The translations under genes and the position numbers were made by a program. The notes beneath the pieces were generated by a model. It was given only the letters and a program-made list of their open reading frames with translations, did no database searches and was not told the DNA's origin. From contig CAVRBU010000002.1 of NCBI GenBank assembly GCA_963719315.1, positions 1,472,001 to 1,536,000 on the forward strand: a DNA stretch of 64,000 nt. The letters run 5' to 3'. This stretch comes from an uncultured Planctomycetota bacterium. Its GTDB lineage: Bacteria > Planctomycetota > Planctomycetia > Pirellulales > Lacipirellulaceae. Positions within the stretch are counted from its first letter, which is position 1. Every line of letters starts with the position of its first letter. Shown piece after piece: positions 1 through 10,156 of the stretch.

Positions 1-612
1 ACGCACGTCTTCTCCGCGCGGCCAAAAATAATTGTGGATCGTGACCCACGAAAATGCTATAGTCTCATCACGCCGCACTGCGACGGCGTTCGCTCCTTGA
101 AAATCAAATAGATCAGGCTGCGCCTGAGACGCGCGCAGCAACCTGGCCGCGCATCGGAATCCGCGCGCATCTGCGTTCATCGGCGGCAAGAATAGTCTTC
201 CGCCGCTCGCGCCTTTTTGCCCAAAGCTGGCCGAAGGGCTGGAACAGCGTAAAACGCCGCGAAAATCGCCACATTTTCACGGCTCGACCGCTCTGGCGAA
301 CAGCTAAATCCTGCCAGAAAACGGCTTTTTAGAGAGCAAACTCGCCTATTATTGCACGCTTCGCGCACGCCCAAACCACTGGATTTCCAGCGGTTGGTGG
401 CCTAAGCGCCGCGCAAAAAGGAGGACTTTTGCACGCGAAAAAAAATTTTCACGCGTGTGTACAATCCTACTCCCTTGCCGCCCAACGACTTGCGAATTCC
501 ATTGCGCGAAGCCTTCGTGCAAAACTGCACGCCGCTCGAGAGAACCGCGAATGTTTTTGCACGAAACGGCGCCAACGCTTCGAATGGAACTCGCGCAATC
601 GCATCCCGGCTG

Positions 613-1086
613 CTACACGTTCATGCCGGAAAAGTCGCTCACGGAATTGAGACTTTCGACCACGCCCAGTTCGGCCACCCGGGCCGCCAGATGTCCGGCT
701 GAAATGAAGCGGTCGAATTCCACCAGCACCGCTCGCTGCACCACGCCGCGCAGCCACTCCAACGCAGCCGCCGGCACGCCGCCACACGTCTCGGCCACGA
801 GTTCTACGGCCAGCTCCGCCAGCTCCGCCGTGCAATCGCTGCGGTCGGTCAGCACCGTGCCGTCGAACGTGAATCGCAGCATGTTGTCAATTTCAGAGTT
901 CGCCAGCCGATACGTGCATCGCGTGTTGTAGAGGAAGTAGGCGTTCTGGTTGTCGTGCGCGTCGATCGCCTGCAGCAATCGTTCGCAGCGGGCGCGAAAT
1001 GCCGGCGACGCATCGATCGGCACATCAACCCGCCCGATCGACCGCAGCGGCAAACAATCGAACGCGATATCGACAACAGGGTCCAT
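613..1086 (-). CDS. conserved hypothetical protein (157 aa)
   Basis: ATG-start ORF with protein-like composition (MDPVVDIAFDCLPLRSIGRVDVPIDASP...); no recognisable domain. Confidence 0.75.
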   Translation of the reverse strand: MDPVVDIAFDCLPLRSIGRVDVPIDASPAFRARCERLLQAIDAHDNQNAYFLYNTRCTYRLANSEIDNMLRFTFDGTVLTDRSDCTAELAELAVELVAETCGGVPAAALEWLRGVVQRAVLVEFDRFISAGHLAARVAELGVVESLNSVSDFSGMNV

Positions 1087-1124
1087 GCCCCCATTCTACC
1101 AAATTTCGGCCGAAACTTGGCAGC

Positions 1125-1262
1125 CTAGAGCACGGTCACGGCTGAAATCGTGGGTGGCATGCCTTCGCCGCGGCGGCGTAGGCATGATTTCACCCGAGAC
1201 ATGCTCACCCGCCGCTGCGGGAGAGCATGCCACCCATCATTTAACTCGTGACAGACTACTAG
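1125..1262. mobile_element. MITE-like element with IS630-type ends containing an inverted REP-like doublet
   Basis: CTAG at 1125-1128 and 1259-1262; imperfect 24-bp terminal IR; internal perfect IR TGGGTGGCATGC (1151-1162)/GCATGCCACCCA (1225-1236) enclosing two CATGC...GCATG hairpins; right end resembles the neighbouring IS630 end. Confidence 0.6.
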
Positions 1263-1330
1263 TGGTCTGTCGTTGTTCAGTAGTTAGGGGATAGCATAAC
1301 GTCTTCAGGTTTTTCACAGGAGGCGAGAAA

Positions 1331-1795
1331 ATGAACTACAACACGAAGTATGTGGTGCGGTTGACTGGGGAAGAGCGAGAGGAATTGGCGGCGGTGGTGG
1401 GACGAGGCAAGGTGGCGGCGGGCAAGCGTCGCCGAGCCCAGGTGCTGCTCAAGGCGGACGCCGGCGTCACGGGGTCGGGTCGGACCGACCAGGAGATTTG
1501 CGAAGCGTTGGACGTCAGCGTGGGATTGGTGCATGACGTGCGACAGGCGTACGTCGAGCAGGGCCTGAACGTTGCCTTGGAATGGAAGCCTAAGAGCCGG
1601 CATCGCCCTCGAAAGTTGGACGGCCAACAGGAGGCCCGCTTGATCGCCGTGGCCTGCGGACCGGCTCCGGAAGGACGCGCCCGCTGGACCTTGCGACTGC
1701 TGGCCGACAAGTTGGTCGAACTGGAGATCGTCGAGTCGATCAGCAAGGACGCCGTGCGCAGCGCACTGAAAAAAACGAGCTTAAGCCCTGGTTGA
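1331..1795 (+). CDS. IS630 transposase OrfA (HTH)
   Basis: Winged-HTH motifs (RRAQVLLKAD, PEGRARWTLRLLADKLV); A7C slippery site at 1769-1776 links in -1 frame to OrfB (LKKNELKPW). Confidence 0.9.
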   Translation: MNYNTKYVVRLTGEEREELAAVVGRGKVAAGKRRRAQVLLKADAGVTGSGRTDQEICEALDVSVGLVHDVRQAYVEQGLNVALEWKPKSRHRPRKLDGQQEARLIAVACGPAPEGRARWTLRLLADKLVELEIVESISKDAVRSALKKTSLSPG

Positions 1796-3590
1796 AAGAG
1801 CAGTGGGTTCTGCCTAAGCCGCATGACGCGGACTATGTTGCCGCGATGGAAGACGTTCTGGAGGTCTATCAGCGTCCCTACGACGAGCAACGGCCAGTCG
1901 TGTGCGTCGACGAAGCCACCAAGCAATTGGTGGCCGACGTCACGCCGCCGCTGCCGATGGAGCCGGGGCAGCCGGCGCGACAGGATTACGAATACGAACG
2001 GCGGGGAACAGCGAATCTGTTCATGGTCTGCGAACCTTTGGCGGGCCGCCGCCGGGTGAAGGTCACCGAACGTCGCGCGAAGGCGGATTTCGCCGACCTG
2101 CTGCGCAACATCGCCGACGAGCAGTACCCGACGGCGGAGAAGATCGTGCTGGTCATGGACAACCTGAATACGCACAAGCTGTCCGTGCTGTACGCGATCT
2201 TCCCGCCTGACGAGGCGCGACGGTTGTGGGAGCGGTTTGAAGTGCATCACACCCCCAAGCACGCCAGTTGGCTGAACATGGCGGAATGTGAATTGTCCGT
2301 GCTGGGAAGGCAGTGCCTGGACCAACGGATCGATTCCCGAGCCCGCCTGGAGAGCGAAGTTCACGCATGGGAACAACCCCCCCGCAACCAACAACCAGTC
2401 CGCGTCGACTGGCAATTCACCGCCGCCGATGCCAGGATCAAGATAACTACGCGCAGCAATGAGAATTTGAATGCTGAAATTGAGTATGAGGGATTTGAGG
2501 GGTTGGTGTGGCGGGTTGAGAGGTGGCGATTGTTTCTTGGATGGGGCTTGAAACTCTTGAAATCCGGGATGGTAACGCCCATAGATGGCCGCGCTTGATG
2601 AACTTCCAAAGCGTTCGATGAGGTTCAGGTTCGGCGAGTAGGAGGGCAGGAACAGCAGCGTGATTTCCAGTTGCGTCGCCAACGCTTGCACCGCGGCGTT
2701 ACGTTGGTAGCGAGGGTTGTCCAGCACCAACGTGATCGGTCGGCGAGACCGAGGGCAGCGATCTTCCGCAACAGCTCGCACATCGTTTCAGTGTTGACGA
2801 CCGTGGTGTTGGTCACGCTTACCAGTTCGCGGGTCACGGCGTTCCAGGCTCCCAGGACATTGAACCGCTGGCGGCCCGAGGCGGCCCGCACGAAGATTCG
2901 CGTGAACGACCACAAGCAGCACAGGAACGTCCCGTACACAAAGTGGGCCGCATCGACGAAGAAGACGTGTCCCCGCCCTCGGGCGGCGGCGTCGAGGCGG
3001 GGCTTCAGTTGAACGTCGTGAAACAGGGCCTGCACGGCGACTGCTGGGCCAAGTTTTTTTGGGCGGCACGGGGAGCGCCCGGACCCGCTGCCACTTGAGT
3101 CCCATGTCTTTCAGGAACTTGCGAGTTTGCGACAGTCCCGCCGCAGGCCGGTCAGTTGGTAAATGCGTTCGCAAGCTTCAGCGGTCGTGCGGACCGGCTG
3201 GTTCTCGAACAACGCGCGGATCCGTCGCGATAGGCGGCCAAGTCGCTCACGGGCCCTTGCACATTCCACCGCCGCAGACCCTCCAACCCGCCATCACGAT
3301 AGGCCGCAACGTACCGCCCGACGGTCGCCACTCCGACCCCCGCCAATTTCGCCGCCTGGGATAGCTTCAAACCACACTGCAGCGACCACAACACCAGCAT
3401 CTTGCGGCGGACATGCGACCCGGATGAGACTCCAGCTCGGCGCGACAATTAGCTGTTCTCTTCGTCAATGGATAGAAAAAGCATGAAGCTTGAGCAACAG
3501 CATTCTGATGGGAATAAGGGTGAAAAAATAGTAGGGAAAGATATATAGAGGTATAAACGACTTTATCCCGTACTAGCACCCGTCAACTAA
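1792..3590 (+). pseudogene. IS630 transposase OrfB (DDE), C-terminus split by nested IS
   Basis: DDE_3 motifs VCVDE, LVMDNLNTH, TPKHASWLNMAE; reads ...ADARIK to 2442 and resumes KRLYPVLAPVN* at 3555-3590. Confidence 0.85.
2446..3553 (-). mobile_element. IS630-family element (inner, nested), transposase fragmented
   Basis: Minus-strand fragments HVRRKMLVLWSL / LKDMGLKWQRVRALPVPPKK / FFVDAAHFV / LVLDNPRYQ..FLPSYSPNLNLIER; flanking TA at 2444-2445 and 3554-3555; ends noisy. Confidence 0.8.
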
Positions 3591-3604
3591 ATCGAGACAG
3601 ACCA

Positions 3605-5572
3605 CTAGGGCGTGGGCAACTCGGCGTGCTTGCTATGGCGATCCAACCCAATCACCAGCCAGCCGTCTTTGCTCGAAAACTGGTGATAATCCAGCGGCCC
3701 CGACTGGGCAAGTTTCCCCTCGGGCTTTACCGGGTCGAACTCGATCGTCTGCGGAAAGCCCTTGCCCTGGGCCGATCGTTTGTCGAACTCCTTTTCGAGG
3801 TTGGCTCGCTCGGCCGTTTGCTGCGTGTCCAGCTTACCGCTGAAGTCCGACGGCAGCATGACGAGCTTGCCTTCGCGATGCAACGCGACGTGGCCGTCCT
3901 TGAGTTCCGGCGCGTAGGTGCCCGTCACGTCCCAGTCGGCAAACGACTTGTCGCCCGTATTCAGCTCGGAGATGTGGAGCGTGAGCTGAACCTTGTCGTC
4001 CGTGAACTTGACGCTCAGCGGCCGGCCATCGCGCAACGTCATTGCATATTCCTTGAAGGCCTCGTCCTTGGCCGCCGCGTCGTCGGTGGCTTCCGTCTTG
4101 CGATTGTTCCACATCCGCTTCATCCATTTCGGAAGTTCGACATTGAACTTGAGATCCTCATCCGGCGTGGTCTGCGTCGCGGTCGCGCCGCCCAGCAGGC
4201 TGGCCGAGTAGTTGTTTACCGCCGACTCGTGCAACCGCATCGTCATATCGTGCGATTCGCCCGCCGCCGGCGGAGCGCCTTGGGCCCCCAGCTGCGAGCG
4301 GTTCGCCTGCGTGACCTCCACGTTCAACGAGCTCTTGCCCGTGCTGAACCGAATATGTTCGGGCACTTCGCCGCGTCGCTCGAGCGGCCGGCGATACTCG
4401 TCCTCATATCGCTGCCGCAGCTTGCTGACTTCGTCGTTTACTTCGTCATTGAAATGATCCTGAATACGATCCTCGGCATGGTCGGAGGCGATCGCTTCCG
4501 CCTGGTGTTCGCTCTGCCTCGCCCGGTTCCAACCAATCCGCGAAACAAGCCGGCTGCCCAAGCCGCCGCCCTGTTTGGAGACCGAATGAAAGTGAGTATC
4601 CGTCGTGGCACTCGCTCGGGCCGGCTGGCCGACAAACGCCGCATCGCTCATTTCCACCCGCTTCGTCGCCGTGAAATCGGTATCCGACGTACTGCGAATG
4701 ACGGCCGGGCTGTGGTATCCGACGTTGTCCGACCAGGTGTGCCCTTGCGAACTGAACTCGAGCACCGCTTTGTTGTCCGACGGAATAGTCACCACGCCGG
4801 CGCTGCCGGTGGTGTGCGCATCGCCGTGAATGTTCGTGCCCAGAATGCAGTCGGTGATCGCCTCGGATCGGTTGACCGGATCGATACCGGCGGCGATCAG
4901 CGACGTTGTGATGCTCACGAACGCATTCGGGTGGTCCATTTCCGAACGCACCGCCTGCACCAACTCCGGCGACTGGCCGATGCTGTCCAGGATTCGAATC
5001 CGCTCGCTAAGTTCCATCTCCGTTTTCGGCGTCGGTTCCTTGCGGTACGCGTCGAGCGCCTGCTGCAAAGCGCCGAGTTGCTGATTGTAGACCTCTGCCG
5101 GTTTATCCAGCAGCGCGAGGGCGAGTGTATCGTGATAATGTCGCAATGCTTTGGCCAAGCCGCGGAACCGGCGGTGCTCCAGGCCGCTGACGTTGCGATT
5201 CAATTTCTCGAGCGTAGCATCCACCGCCTCGACGTTCATCGGCTGCTCCTCGTTCACTTGCTGCTTGAGCGCGTCCCACTTCAAATAACGCAGCCAGCGC
5301 TGCCCGTTCTGCGACGACGGCTGGACGAATCGTTCGATCTCGTTCATTTGCTTTTGCAGATCCGCCCGCGCGGCCGACACTTGCTGTTCACTTGCCGGCT
5401 TGAAATTGCTGCGGGCTTTTTCGACCAGCCCGCCAACATCCGGCAGATCCTCCGCCACAGCGGCCGCCCCAAACGCCAGTGCGGCAAGGGCCCACGCGGC
5501 GAAGGCGATTCGGCATCGAACCAAGCAACGAAAGCGGTAAAATACCTGTCGAGGGTCAACGTAGAGATACAT
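3605..5572 (-). CDS. secreted hypothetical protein (~655 aa)
   Basis: 3' part of the 1302-aa track ORF; own start and signal-peptide-like segment (IAFAAWALAALAFGAAAVAED); separated from the upstream gene by non-protein-like sequence. Confidence 0.7.
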   Translation of the reverse strand: MYLYVDPRQVFYRFRCLVRCRIAFAAWALAALAFGAAAVAEDLPDVGGLVEKARSNFKPASEQQVSAARADLQKQMNEIERFVQPSSQNGQRWLRYLKWDALKQQVNEEQPMNVEAVDATLEKLNRNVSGLEHRRFRGLAKALRHYHDTLALALLDKPAEVYNQQLGALQQALDAYRKEPTPKTEMELSERIRILDSIGQSPELVQAVRSEMDHPNAFVSITTSLIAAGIDPVNRSEAITDCILGTNIHGDAHTTGSAGVVTIPSDNKAVLEFSSQGHTWSDNVGYHSPAVIRSTSDTDFTATKRVEMSDAAFVGQPARASATTDTHFHSVSKQGGGLGSRLVSRIGWNRARQSEHQAEAIASDHAEDRIQDHFNDEVNDEVSKLRQRYEDEYRRPLERRGEVPEHIRFSTGKSSLNVEVTQANRSQLGAQGAPPAAGESHDMTMRLHESAVNNYSASLLGGATATQTTPDEDLKFNVELPKWMKRMWNNRKTEATDDAAAKDEAFKEYAMTLRDGRPLSVKFTDDKVQLTLHISELNTGDKSFADWDVTGTYAPELKDGHVALHREGKLVMLPSDFSGKLDTQQTAERANLEKEFDKRSAQGKGFPQTIEFDPVKPEGKLAQSGPLDYHQFSSKDGWLVIGLDRHSKHAELPTP

Positions 5573-5849
5573 CGAAAAATCCTTTCCTTCGCGGCAAACG
5601 CGGAGTTCCCCGCCCAATCTAGGGCGGCTCGAGGCCCGAAGATGGCCGCGATTGTTAAAACATAGACGCCGACACCGACGCCGGCACATTGGGCGCTCTG
5701 CGACGCACAAAAGACTCCCTGGTCGGCCGCAGAGTTTCACCAATCTACGCCAACTGCCTCTGTCCTGTCCAGCCGCCGGCAGGTGCATTTCACCAGTAGA
5801 ACTGCCTACGCCGCAACAGGCTAGGCAATCTGGCGAGTTTCTGGGCCAC

Positions 5850-7513
5850 CTATTTCCCGTCGCGGAGCATCTGGAAATATTGCTCTGCGTGTTCGCGCCG
5901 GCTGTTCGGCAGCCGTTCGCTCGTAAGCGGGTCGGCCGGCTCGGCATCAACGTGGCCATTTCTTCCTTAATGCTCTGCCCCACTTCGCCCTTGATGTTTG
6001 GGCCTTCGACTAGCCCGCCGAAAGTGGCCGCTCCACGGCGCGGATTCGTGCGCACCTGCGAATCTCGCAGATTGGTGGCGTTCCGTTCCTCGGGCCGCTC
6101 GCCGATGCCGACTCCTTGTCCCATACCTCGGCCCGGTTTGCCATTCATGTTCTTACCACCATTGTTGGCCATATTACCCATGCAATGTTCGCAGCCTTCG
6201 CCGTTGCAGAACTTGCAGCCCATCGCGTCCTTGGTCATTTCAAGCTGGTCCATGGCCGCGTTGAGCATCTCCATCTCGTTCATGTCTTGTTGCATCTGGT
6301 CGAGCTGCTTTGCCATTTGGGCCATCGCGTCGGCGGCCTTTTGGCCGTCGCCCTGCTTAAGACATTGCTGGCACTGGCCCATCTGCTGGGCGAGCTGCTG
6401 CAGCTTATTCATTTGCGCCTGCTGCTTTTGAAGTTGGTCGAGCTTCTGCTGCAAGTCGCCGGCTTTGGCCAAGTTGCCTTGTTTCTTCTGCTGCTCGATT
6501 TGCTTCTTCAAATCTTCCATCGCTTGTAGATGATTTTGGGCGGCGGCCTCGAGCTTCTGCTTCATTTGCTCAAGTTGCTTGGCGAGTTGCTCCTTGGTGG
6601 CCGCGTCCATCTTGCCTTCGCGCAGTTCTTTGGCGAGCTTCTCGACTTCGTCGAGCGCCTTTTTGAAGTCGCCTTGCTTGAGAGCTTCGGCCGCCTTCTC
6701 CGCCGGGCCGGCGCCGAGATTCTTCATCTTCTGGAACTGCTCTTTAAGCCCGTCTTTGCCGCCGAGCTGCTGCCGCCGCTCTTCGAGTTGCTTGGCCAAA
6801 TCGTTGAGCTTGACGGCCGCCTTCGTCGGATCCATCTTCTGCTTTTCCGCCAATTCGCGCGTGCCTTGTTCGATTTGCTTAAACAGACCATCAGCCTTCT
6901 GGAGATTCTTGTCCTTGTCGAGCTTCGCTCGCTGTTCTTCCATCTTCTTGCGGAGCGATTCAAGCGCCGTCTTGGTTTGCTGAGCAGTCTTCGCGGCGGA
7001 AGCGGAATCAAGGCTGCTCTCCGCGTGACGATTGTCGACGAACGCGACAAGCACGAACACGATCGCCGCCGGCACGAGCGGCCACAATGCTCGCCGGCCG
7101 AGTTGCAAGCGGAATTTGTCATCGACGTTGATACGATTCACGGCCCGCAAGGCGTCGCTCACGACGGCGCGGCCGGCCTCGCTCGACTGCTCGTCCGGCG
7201 ACAGCGACAAGCTGCTCGCGATGCGTTCCCGCAAATCGAACCGGCGGTCGATCTCGATCGCGGCATCGAGCGGGCTGCGGTTGGAAAAGACCGTCCACGC
7301 AATCGCCGCCAGCAGTGCGCCAGCCAGGCCACCTGCCAGCCAACCGAGGTCCCATCGCTCGGGCAGGTTCTCGATTGCAATGACTCGCGGCACGGCGACC
7401 GCGATGGCGGCGACAATCATCGCCGCGAGCACGCACGCCACCAGGCGTCCCAAGAATTGTTCGGTAATGAGCCGCCGCCGAGCACGCGCAACTTGCTTGC
7501 GAAGCTGATCCAT
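5850..7513 (-). CDS. membrane-anchored Gln/Lys-rich coiled-coil protein (frameshift near 5950)
   Basis: N-terminal TM helices, long coiled coil, CxxCxGxGCxxC; natural-looking C-terminus DAEPADPLTSERLPNSRREHAEQYFQMLRDGK* in another frame ending at TAG 5850-5852. Confidence 0.75.
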
Positions 7514-7604
7514 GACGAAGTCCTCGCTACACCGGGATTGGACGCCGACCCCAGGATTATACCGCAGGGAGAGCGGGGTGTCACTTTCAGCAAAGCAGAA
7601 AGCG

Positions 7605-7674
7605 GAATGCAGGATACGGGGGACAGGGAACCTTTTTGGGACGTTCCGCTAACAGTCTCCCGTCTCCTGCATTC
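7605..7674. repeat. intergenic inverted repeat (20-bp arms)
   Basis: GAATGCAGGATACGGGGGAC ... GTCTCCCGTCTCCTGCATTC, 18/20 complementary, between divergent genes. Confidence 0.6.
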
Positions 7675-7691
7675 TCGGCGGTCGCGATATA

Positions 7692-8153
7692 ATGGAATCA
7701 GCCAATATGCCGTCAAAGAATGCTACTCCGTCTGCTGCCGAAAACCTGCCAACGCCCGCGGAGCGGCCGGATAGCGACGTCGTCATCTACGACGGCCACT
7801 GTCGCATCTGCACCGCCCAGGTCCGCAAGCTACCGTGGTGGGATTGTCAGAAGAAGCTCTCGTACTTGTCGCTGCACGATCCGGATGTCGCCCAGCGCTG
7901 GCCCGATCTATCTCACGATCGGATGATGCAGGAGATGGTGATCGTCGACCACAGTGGCCGTCGGCATTGGGGCCCCGAGGCGATCCGCTATCTTTCGCGC
8001 CGTCTGCGCCGTCTTTTTTGGGCGTCGCCTTTCCTGCACTTTCCGGGCAGCATGCTTCTGTGGCGCCCGCTCTACCGCTGGATCGCCCGCAACCGCTATC
8101 GCCTTAGTGGTGGGCCTTCATGTGACGAAGGCACGTGTTCGGTGCATCGCTAA
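7692..8153 (+). CDS. DCC1-like thiol-disulfide oxidoreductase (DUF393)
   Basis: VIYDGHCRIC (DxxC..C) motif and YRWIARNRY C-terminal motif. Confidence 0.88.
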   Translation: MESANMPSKNATPSAAENLPTPAERPDSDVVIYDGHCRICTAQVRKLPWWDCQKKLSYLSLHDPDVAQRWPDLSHDRMMQEMVIVDHSGRRHWGPEAIRYLSRRLRRLFWASPFLHFPGSMLLWRPLYRWIARNRYRLSGGPSCDEGTCSVHR

Positions 8154-9220
8154 TCGTCGCGATTCGTTCTTTCCAGGCGATATCCGTTAGCACGTAGGAA
8201 CAGCAGCAGGGCGGCCAAGAGGGCAGCGTCGAGGCACAACCAGGAAGTCCAGCTCACATCCGTTGAGAAGAGATAATGCATCACGTTGTCGTATCGTCGC
8301 GGATTGTTCATTAGTACGGAATGCATGTATCTGGCATACTGACTAACACCAATGCTTAGCGAGAATGCAACACAGAGCAGGACAGTTAGGCGTAATATGA
8401 GTGCACCACTGCTTAGCGCCGCCCAGATTGCGGTCAGATTGATTGTCGCCACAACTATCGCGAGTAGAACAGCCTGAAACGTACCCGGTTCACCGAGGCT
8501 TTTCAAAACCACGATATCGATACCGCGTCCAATGAGAAGCATTGGGACCATTGCCGTTGCCCAAAACAACATGTGCTTCACACCGAATTGGTAGGAACGG
8601 AGCGAATTGGGACGACCGGAATTCGTCGAACTGTTCTCGGCTTTACACAGCGAAAATCCGAGCAAACGTAAGCTGGCGCATAAAATAACGACGACGATTG
8701 CTGTCAGCACCCAAAGCACGAACCACCCGCACGAGTACCAGCCGTAAGGAGTCCGGATGAAGATCCGGGCAAATCCCCACACAGCAGCCGCGACAGCAAG
8801 AACTCCCGGCAGCCGCCATTGCCAACTGGAGGTTTCCAGTATCGCCCACAGAACGACTAGACTGATTTGAGCTGATACAAGAACGAACGCGTATTGAATA
8901 TCGACGGTGCTGCCAAGGCACGCCGCGATCGTCAAGATGTCCAACAGTGCGCAGCACCAGGCGAAGATGAGCCAACTCAGCCATATCGGCCACAAGTAGC
9001 GGCCAGCACACCAACTCAACACGGCCGTACACAGTACGAGCCAAGGGTAGAACCAGAACTGGAGATGGATAGGCGACGCTAATATCAAGATCGCCTGGCT
9101 CGATAGCGCCACGACTGCCGGGAGCAAAACGGCGAAGAGTAAGAGACAACGGCGGCTGGGAAGCGTCGACGCGTTGATACCTTCAATGTTGCGGTCGAAG
9201 TCGGTGCTGTTATCCGTCAT
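8150..9220 (-). CDS. polytopic membrane protein
   Basis: About 9-10 hydrophobic segments; start uncertain (9220 or 9319). Confidence 0.7.
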   Translation of the reverse strand: MTDNSTDFDRNIEGINASTLPSRRCLLLFAVLLPAVVALSSQAILILASPIHLQFWFYPWLVLCTAVLSWCAGRYLWPIWLSWLIFAWCCALLDILTIAACLGSTVDIQYAFVLVSAQISLVVLWAILETSSWQWRLPGVLAVAAAVWGFARIFIRTPYGWYSCGWFVLWVLTAIVVVILCASLRLLGFSLCKAENSSTNSGRPNSLRSYQFGVKHMLFWATAMVPMLLIGRGIDIVVLKSLGEPGTFQAVLLAIVVATINLTAIWAALSSGALILRLTVLLCVAFSLSIGVSQYARYMHSVLMNNPRRYDNVMHYLFSTDVSWTSWLCLDAALLAALLLFLRANGYRLERTNRDD

Positions 9221-9249
9221 TTCATTTCCGCGCCGCATCGCTGAAATCG

Positions 9250-9906
9250 TTATGCGGCTTTGGCGAGTTGCGCTGTGTCGGCAAACAGGCGGTCGAGCAC
9301 ACGATTGCATTTGCCCCAATCATACACCTGGCCGGGGATTGTGAGACCGGCTTCCACCGTCGTGGCTTGGCCTTCGGCAAGAACAGTGATGAGCAGGTCG
9401 CCTCTTAACGACCAGATATCCGACGGAATCGCGACCTGTAATGTACAGCTATTCGGCGACTGGGAAATGTCGAGAATCCGCTGACCATTTTGAGCCAGCG
9501 AACAAAGGATGGCGACCAGCACCGTGCCCGGCCGCTCGGCCAATCGTTCGCTCCGCCCCTTGCCGGTTTTCAAGCCGAGCTTTTCGCTGATCGGTTGCGC
9601 GATCTTGGCAATCAGCGTCAGCGGTATGCCACCGGTGATCGGTCCCATCACTTTGTCGCAGCATTCGAGAAAGTCTTCACCCGAGAATTTCTTTTTCGCA
9701 CGTGCGGCGTAATCGGCGATCCGCTTACGAATCTCAGGGATCGTGACGAGCGCCTGGCAGTCGAGAGACTCGGTCCAGTCGCCGATGGTTGCCGCGGCGC
9801 TCTCTTCGCGTAGAGCGACCGAATGCGAATCTTCTTGTTTCAGTGGTTGGCCGCAGGACCAGCAGAATTTCCCGTTCGCTTTGACACCGCATTCTGAGCA
9901 ATACAT
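9250..9906 (-). CDS. zinc-ribbon domain protein
   Basis: N-terminal MYCSECG...KFCWSCG zinc ribbon. Confidence 0.8.
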   Translation of the reverse strand: MYCSECGVKANGKFCWSCGQPLKQEDSHSVALREESAAATIGDWTESLDCQALVTIPEIRKRIADYAARAKKKFSGEDFLECCDKVMGPITGGIPLTLIAKIAQPISEKLGLKTGKGRSERLAERPGTVLVAILCSLAQNGQRILDISQSPNSCTLQVAIPSDIWSLRGDLLITVLAEGQATTVEAGLTIPGQVYDWGKCNRVLDRLFADTAQLAKAA

Positions 9907-10156
9907 GGCACACTCCGTTGTTGGCAGGGGACTCTAAGTGAATCGGCCAGTAGGAGATCAGGAGTGTGGAAAAGAAATCGAAGCAGTTGAGTGGCAGCGG
10001 TGCTGGCAGCGATTGTGGGAGGCGTCTCCGATGCCGATGAAGTGTTGCGAATGGAACGCGGCATCGGCCTCAGAGAGGCTTCCCTCTGGTTAATTGTCAG
10101 GAGAGGCGCCCGTCGGTGCCGAGGGGATCGCGACCAACGGTCGCAGCATGATGGGA

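Larger units (their letters stand above)
1262..3605 (+). mobile_element. IS630-family element (outer), interrupted by a second IS630
   Basis: Terminal IR TAGTGGTCTGTC (1260-1271)/GACAGACCACTA (3596-3607); TA duplication within CTAG at both ends; IS630 transposase inside. Confidence 0.9.

Noticed and set aside
1336..2781. 481-aa minus-strand ORF
   Set aside because: Chimera of the inner IS630 C-terminus and the antisense of the outer transposase.
3605..7513. Single 1302-aa protein
   Set aside because: The middle section is non-protein-like; a natural C-terminus exists in another frame at 5850 and a second gene starts near 5572, so the fusion is caused by an indel.
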